Below are positions 52,844 through 57,111 of a stretch of DNA of 57,111 nucleotides, one piece after another (positions within the stretch are counted from its first letter, which is position 1; the number at the start of each line of letters is the position of its first letter). The translations under genes and the position numbers were made by a program. The stretch is from an archaeon (GTDB lineage Archaea; Iainarchaeota; Iainarchaeia; Iainarchaeales; JAAZKV01): NCBI GenBank assembly GCA_036170245.1, contig JAVHOV010000007.1, forward strand, positions 1-57,111. The letters are read 5' to 3'. The notes beneath the pieces were generated by a model. It worked only from the letters and a program-made list of their open reading frames with translations, searched no databases and was not told where the DNA came from.

Positions 52844-53533
52844 TCACTTTCTGTCTTTGGAATTTTTTAAGTATTCAGCTATCTCATTTTCGCTTACAGC
52901 ACATCCATTGAATTTTGCAGAATATAATGCTGCTTCGAGTTCTAATTTTCCGTGATCCAATTCATGGTCAAACAAATCTTGTTCATATGCAAGTGCAATA
53001 ATATCAACGCTTCTAAACATTAGTAACTTTGGAAACATTCCTCTTATAGCATCCAAGTTTTCCTGATTTATTCGCACAGGCTGTTCTTGTCTTCTTTCAA
53101 GAACTTGTTTTAATCTTGAAGGATTTTCAATTAATGCTCTTGTTGTTCTTTCATCAATAAACATTGCTTTTGCTCCGTGTATTTTTGCGAGAGCCAATGC
53201 TTCTGCCTCTCCTGCTTGTATTATTGTCAATGGGCCTTGGTCTGTGAAAAAAACATGGTTTGAGATTCTTAATATTTTTTCCATTTCAGAATTCACTTGC
53301 GAATCTTTAGGCATTGTTTTTACAATTTGCTGGTTGATTGCGTATTTTATTCTTGCGGCATTTAGTGCAAATCTTTTGTTGGTTAGTGGATTCCAAACAC
53401 TTTCCTGCGCAATTGTACTTGAAATCATTAAATCAAATTTATTTGCTTGCACAAAATGTTTGAAAACATTCATTAAGCATGTTCCTGATAATGTAATCAT
53501 GGTTCCTGAGTCAATAACTGCTTTTACACTCAT
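52844..53533 (-). CDS. PIN-domain (DUF3368-like) protein with about 90-aa C-terminal extension
   Basis: N-terminal AVIDSGTMITL (Asp), STIAQES, QAGEAEALALAK and FIDERTTRAL acidic motifs. Its start overlaps the upstream stop (ATGA). Confidence 0.5.
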   Translation of the reverse strand: MSVKAVIDSGTMITLSGTCLMNVFKHFVQANKFDLMISSTIAQESVWNPLTNKRFALNAARIKYAINQQIVKTMPKDSQVNSEMEKILRISNHVFFTDQGPLTIIQAGEAEALALAKIHGAKAMFIDERTTRALIENPSRLKQVLERRQEQPVRINQENLDAIRGMFPKLLMFRSVDIIALAYEQDLFDHELDHGKLELEAALYSAKFNGCAVSENEIAEYLKNSKDRK

Positions 53534-54129
53534 TTTTTTTCACCGTAATTTTGTTGAGTTTCAATTAGTTCTTTTAATTCTCTTACTCTGACAGTAATAT
53601 TTTTTATTTCAGTTTCTTCATCATGCATTGTTGTTGAGCCGATGTATGACTGCACTTCTTTCTTATCAGCTCCAGTTAGATCAGCTGCTTGTGCAATACT
53701 TAATCCAAACGAGTATGCTAATGATGCGGATTTTACTTTTGCCTTATCATACATTCCGGTTGCAAAGTTTCCTAGTTCTGCATCAATTTTTGTAATATGT
53801 TGAATTACTTTTTTTAATGATTCTAAAAATAATTTTGTATCATTCATTTCTAACGCAATTCCTGCGCTTTGAAGATCTTCTTTTATTGTTTTTTTTGCTC
53901 TTCCCCATTGAGGGCTACTTGCAAAGTGCTGTTTTGATTCTATTTTATGTAGTGCATAGGCAATTACTCCTAGTTCAGCTTTTGCATAATCATTGCTTAG
54001 TGAAGCTTCTCTGATTAGTCTTGAACTCATTCCTCTTAATTCAAAAACTCTGTTTTTATCAAACAGATTTAGTGCTTCGGAAACATCAAAGCTAAGTGTT
54101 TTCATGCCAAGAACAAGGTGTTTTTTCAT
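53530..54129 (-). CDS. Helical protein with C-terminal UPF0175-like HTH (putative cognate antitoxin/regulator of the PIN gene)
   Basis: SLAYSFGLSIAQAADLTGADKKEVQSYIG resembles the UPF0175 HTH that pairs with DUF3368 PIN proteins. The 199-aa length is much longer than usual. Confidence 0.35.
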   Translation of the reverse strand: MKKHLVLGMKTLSFDVSEALNLFDKNRVFELRGMSSRLIREASLSNDYAKAELGVIAYALHKIESKQHFASSPQWGRAKKTIKEDLQSAGIALEMNDTKLFLESLKKVIQHITKIDAELGNFATGMYDKAKVKSASLAYSFGLSIAQAADLTGADKKEVQSYIGSTTMHDEETEIKNITVRVRELKELIETQQNYGEKK

Positions 54130-54216
54130 ATTTAAGAATTACCTTATTGTGTTTTTTAGGGGTTAATTAGATTGTTTTTTAAGTAGAAATGAGTAAAATG
54201 GTTATTAGTGGTGTAA

Positions 54217-54624
54217 GTGAAGATTTTGGTTCCATTGCTTTCAGGAAGAGAAAATGACAAGTTGTTTATTGATGCCTTAAGCAAGGATGCAAAGGAAGTA
54301 GTAATTTTGCAGATTGTGGATAAACAGTTTCTCCCAAAAGCCGGTGCTGCAATGGGTGAAGTTCGTCAGTTTAGGATTGTTGCTGATGAATTAAGAAAAG
54401 CAATTGGTGCTAAAAGAAAAAAATTTGTTGAAATGACTGAATGGGGTATTACAATTCCAAAAATTGTTTCTACAGCTCTGTTTCAAAAAGTTGATAAAGT
54501 ATATTTGGTAAAGCAGAATACCCAGTTTTTTGGCGAAATAACTGATGCTTTAGATGATAATAAAATAAAATATGAATTAGTTGAACTTCCAATAATTGAA
54601 CCGGTAAAAAAGAAATTATTTTAA
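54217..54624 (+). CDS. Hypothetical protein (degenerate USP/adenine-nucleotide alpha-hydrolase-like?), GTG start
   Basis: 135-aa ORF starting MKILVPLLSG...VVILQIVD. AGTGGTG precedes the GTG. Confidence 0.35.
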   Translation: MKILVPLLSGRENDKLFIDALSKDAKEVVILQIVDKQFLPKAGAAMGEVRQFRIVADELRKAIGAKRKKFVEMTEWGITIPKIVSTALFQKVDKVYLVKQNTQFFGEITDALDDNKIKYELVELPIIEPVKKKLF

Positions 54625-54647
54625 TTAGAAAGGATTGTGTTATTTGT

Positions 54648-55166
54648 ATGGCAAATGAATGTATATTGTTGGGAAATAAAGTTATAGTCGATGATGCAAC
54701 TCTTAAGGGAACTTTAGTTGAGAAGGGCTTTGGGGAAAGTAAGGGAAGAAAATTAATTCTTGATTTATTTGAAGCAGTGTATTTAGTGGAGAAAGAAAAA
54801 ATTATTGTTCTTGATAAAAAAGGAAAAGCCCTTTCATCAACAAAACTTGTTTCAATTGGTCTAGAGCATGATAAAAAGTTTTACTCAAAGTGCGTAGTGT
54901 ACTCTGATGTTAAGGAAAAAGGTTACTGCATTAAAACTGGATTAAAATTTGGCTTTGATTTTAGAATTTACCCTAAAGGAAAAAAGATGGGCGAAGTTCA
55001 CTCTGAATTTGGGTTGAACGTTAATGATGAAAGCGAAAAGATTTCAATGACTCAACTTAGTAGAATTACTAGGCTTGCAGGAAACATTCACATTAGTTCA
55101 ATAATTGCTGTAGTTGACAGGGAAGATGAAGTAAATTATTATTCTCTTGACAGAAAACTTCTTTGA
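54648..55166 (+). CDS. endA: tRNA-splicing endonuclease (short, homotetramer-type subunit)
   Basis: The catalytic C-terminal domain VVYSDVKEKGYCIKTGLKFGFDFRIYPKG...HSEFGLNV and R..RLAGNIHISSIIAVV. 172 aa. Confidence 0.85.
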   Translation: MANECILLGNKVIVDDATLKGTLVEKGFGESKGRKLILDLFEAVYLVEKEKIIVLDKKGKALSSTKLVSIGLEHDKKFYSKCVVYSDVKEKGYCIKTGLKFGFDFRIYPKGKKMGEVHSEFGLNVNDESEKISMTQLSRITRLAGNIHISSIIAVVDREDEVNYYSLDRKLL

Positions 55167-55168
55167 TT

Positions 55169-55357
55169 TTACCAGTTTTCTTTTATCCATCTTAGGGCTT
55201 TTATAAAAGAAATTCTTGCTCCTCTTTGTGTTTGTCCTGTTAGTTGTTCAAGTCGCATAATGCTTTGAATAATCTCAGTTCTGCTTACTGAAAATCTTTT
55301 TGAAAGTTCTTCAACAGTAACTGATTCTAATTTATCTGCGATATTAAGTATCCTCAA
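55169..55357 (-). CDS. Small winged-helix-like protein (TTG start)
   Basis: VTVEELSKRFSVSRTEIIQSIMRLEQL is HTH-like. Only a non-ATG start is available. Confidence 0.3.
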   Translation of the reverse strand: MRILNIADKLESVTVEELSKRFSVSRTEIIQSIMRLEQLTGQTQRGARISFIKALRWIKENW

Positions 55358-55399
55358 ATCAAGGAAAGCTTTTCTCCTTGCATCAGGATTTGATTGTTA

Positions 55400-56044
55400 T
55401 TAATGATAATTCTTCATTTCGGATTTTGCCTTTAGAATTTTTTGGGCTTGAAACAATTGTTTTAGTTTCTCTTTTAAGAGGTACTTGGTAAATATTAGCA
55501 CAACAAGTTTTGCATGTTTTTCCATTGCACTTTCTGCAGAATCATCAAATACTTCACTAAAAATTATCTTTCCTCCTTTTTTGTTCAGAAGGGATCGAGT
55601 CAAATTTAATTTTAGTGTTTTTGCTGCGAGTAATGGTATTGGTTCGTAAGAAAAACTCCAATCATAAATCATTGGGCGTTGGGGAGCCATTTCCGCAGTT
55701 ATCAACTTGAATTGCTTTATGTTTCCTTTATTTTTTTCTTTTGCAAAATCAATTATGGATCTTGTTGCATCAGTATAAGTTAAGTGGGTTTGTTTTGATA
55801 TTGCTTTTGCCCAATCTCCATAGCACCCCATGAAATAAATAATTTTTTCTCCTTTTTGAATTCCAAGTTTTTGAAGTAAGTGAGGATCTTTTGGAATGAG
55901 TGATTGAGAGGTGCTTTTAGTGTCTTTTCTTACTTTCCAAAGAGCTTCTATTTCAGCAATTCTTCCTAAGTAAGCTTGCTTTCTAGTAAGCCCGGTTCTT
56001 TGTCCATGTTTGTAAATATCTTGTCGTGCAAACTTAATGTACAT
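55400..56044 (-). CDS. Hypothetical protein, possibly class I SAM-dependent methyltransferase
   Basis: KIIYFMGCYGDWA (motif I-like), LTYTDAT (motif II-like) and GGKIIFSE. Weak. Confidence 0.35.
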   Translation of the reverse strand: MYIKFARQDIYKHGQRTGLTRKQAYLGRIAEIEALWKVRKDTKSTSQSLIPKDPHLLQKLGIQKGEKIIYFMGCYGDWAKAISKQTHLTYTDATRSIIDFAKEKNKGNIKQFKLITAEMAPQRPMIYDWSFSYEPIPLLAAKTLKLNLTRSLLNKKGGKIIFSEVFDDSAESAMEKHAKLVVLIFTKYLLKEKLKQLFQAQKILKAKSEMKNYH

Positions 56045-56097
56045 AACAATTATACTTTTTAATGAAATATAATTCTTTCTAAAAAATAGATTTTGGC

Positions 56098-56123
56098 TTT
56101 GGAAAAGTTTTCACTTTTCCAAA
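56098..56123 (-). terminator. 11-bp hairpin terminator after the DUF1931-like gene
   Basis: TTTGGAAAAGT-tttc-ACTTTTCCAAA. On the minus strand an oligo-T run follows (complement of AAAAAA at about 56081-56086). Confidence 0.5.
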
Positions 56124-56146
56124 ACTACAAAATTAATTAATGGACC

Positions 56147-56323
56147 TTAGAAGTCGCATGCTCTTACAGTTTTTCTTCCGTTTTCTTTTGCTCTTGCAGC
56201 TGCTTCTTTTATCATTTTAGCAACTTTTCCACTTAGAGCGTCGACAACGTCGCTAGCTGTGTTGCAGTCTTCTTCCTTAATTGCGTCCTTAACTTTTGAT
56301 GCTACTACTAATACTTCAGTCAT
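56147..56323 (-). CDS. DUF1931-like histone-fold small protein
   Basis: MTEVLVVASKVKDAIKE...RAKENGRKTVRACDF. GGAGGA lies 7 nt upstream of the ATG at 56323, so the 76-aa version in the ORF track is probably over-extended. Confidence 0.5.
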   Translation of the reverse strand: MTEVLVVASKVKDAIKEEDCNTASDVVDALSGKVAKMIKEAAARAKENGRKTVRACDF

Positions 56324-56559
56324 AAATAATCCTCCAAAACTTATAGTTTTGGGGAACCGAAAACTTTTGGTTTTCAAGTTCCCCCATTTTTCAAAATGCT
56401 TTTTCGTAATTAGTTTTCACTAAGATTACTCAAAAGCAATCTAATTCAATTAATTATTAAGTATTTATAAACCAAATGGTTCAATTTGGCGATTTAAGGG
56501 CTTTTGGTATTTCAACGGTCTAATGCCATTAATTATAAGGGTTTTTAGTCATAATTTAC

Positions 56560-56638
56560 TTGCCTGTGATGAAGCTAATCATTCTGATTGTTCTTTTTTA
56601 AGAACAAATACTGATGAATGATGGGCGAACTGAGGCAA
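56560..56638 (+). ncRNA. C/D box sRNA (2'-O-methylation guide)
   Basis: Terminal stem TTGCC/GGCAA. C box GTGATGA (56566-72), 11-nt guide, D' CTGA (56584-87), spacer with an 8-bp hairpin TTGTTCTT-tttt-AAGAACAA (56588-56607), C' TGATGA (56612-17), 12-nt guide, D box CTGA (56630-33). Confidence 0.8.
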
Positions 56639-56723
56639 CTTAATTTTATCAGCTTATTCTACTAATTTCTTGGTATTCTTTTTCAACATTAATCCTTAAA
56701 ATAAGAAAGAACTAAGTTTATTC

Positions 56724-57111
56724 ATGGTTTTTAATAGTAAACTTAAGTATTCAAGAGCTCAAGGGACAATAGAATATCTAATTCTTCTTAGTGTAGTTGC
56801 AGTTATTGCTTTAATTGCTGTCGGAACAACTTTTTTAGTTATTAATCCAGTTGAATTGGAAAAGAAAGCCAGTGTTGAAGAATTAAAGATTTTGGATATT
56901 TCGATTGGTGAAAATTCTTATAATAATAGTACTGGGGAATTTGTTTTTAAATTAAAAAATAATTTTTCTTCAAGAATAAGTATTTCAAATATAAAAATAG
57001 GTGATTCTAATTCTAATTATGATCAAAATTTATTAGCAGGGGCTTCTTCTATTTTTATTTTATCTTCAATTGAAGAGTGTACTAATAATGAAATAATAAA
57101 AACTATGGTAA
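56724..57111 (+). CDS. Archaeal type IV pilin-like protein with class III signal peptide (partial; runs off the window end)
   Basis: An open frame from the ATG at 56724 with no stop to 57111 (absent from the ORF track because it lacks a stop). The N-terminus is MVFNSKLKYSRAQG^TIEYLILLSVVAVIALIAV, which fits a prepilin peptidase (class III) site and a hydrophobic helix. Confidence 0.65.
   Translation, partial: MVFNSKLKYSRAQGTIEYLILLSVVAVIALIAVGTTFLVINPVELEKKASVEELKILDISIGENSYNNSTGEFVFKLKNNFSSRISISNIKIGDSNSNYDQNLLAGASSIFILSSIEECTNNEIIKTMV

Noticed and set aside
54984-54993. A 10-nt identity (GATGGGCGAA) between the endA coding strand and the D guide of the C/D sRNA
   Set aside because: The match is in the same sense as the guide, not complementary, so endA mRNA cannot be a target. 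It is probably a chance match.
1-57111. CRISPR arrays, rRNA genes, transposases/IS elements, integrases
   Set aside because: I saw no regularly spaced direct repeats, no rRNA-like conserved stretches and no transposase or integrase motifs in any listed ORF. The only mobile-type gene is the LAGLIDADG ORF.

Overview
This is a visibly AT-rich archaeal chromosomal segment. By inference it fits a small-genome, DPANN-like archaeon. Archaeal identity rests on fibrillarin plus a Nop5-like protein, GatDE together with GatCAB, an ATP-dependent DNA ligase, deoxyhypusine synthase, tRNA-splicing endonuclease EndA, two intron-containing tRNA genes, a C/D box sRNA and a class III (type IV pilin-like) signal peptide.

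I support about 60 CDS, 4 tRNAs and 1 C/D box sRNA. The tRNAs are Arg-CCU, Ile-GAU with a 15-nt intron, Gln-CUG with a 45-nt intron, and Pro-UGG. I saw no rRNA and no CRISPR array.

Housekeeping genes include glyS, proS, gatCAB, gatDE, lig, purF, ahcY and dys. They are interspersed with small accessory insertions:
- HicAB sits between nop5 and flpA.
- A Tyr-rich secreted peptide gene sits between gatD and gatE.
- A free-standing LAGLIDADG endonuclease gene abuts tRNA-Gln.
- A PadR / beta-sandwich protein / YhgE-Pip envelope cassette lies at 20940-24085.
- A tightly coupled four-gene HTH-PIN-GNAT-HicB-like cassette lies at 52183-54129.

The stand-out locus is a roughly 1,894-aa ORF at 42363-48047. 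It has one PEP-synthase/PPDK-type ATP-grasp head, three phosphohistidine swivel domains and no recognisable PEP/pyruvate TIM-barrel domain. Large uncharacterised helical modules separate the domains, and an HD-domain phosphohydrolase gene follows it.

Other notable points:
- The Nop5 seems to lack the N-terminal fibrillarin-binding domain and carries a long R/S/P/Y/G-rich tail.
- proB is frameshifted, behind a structured leader.
- One guide of the C/D sRNA is complementary to the tRNA-Pro gene in this window.

All functional calls come from motif recognition in the supplied translations and from hand-folding. No database search was run.
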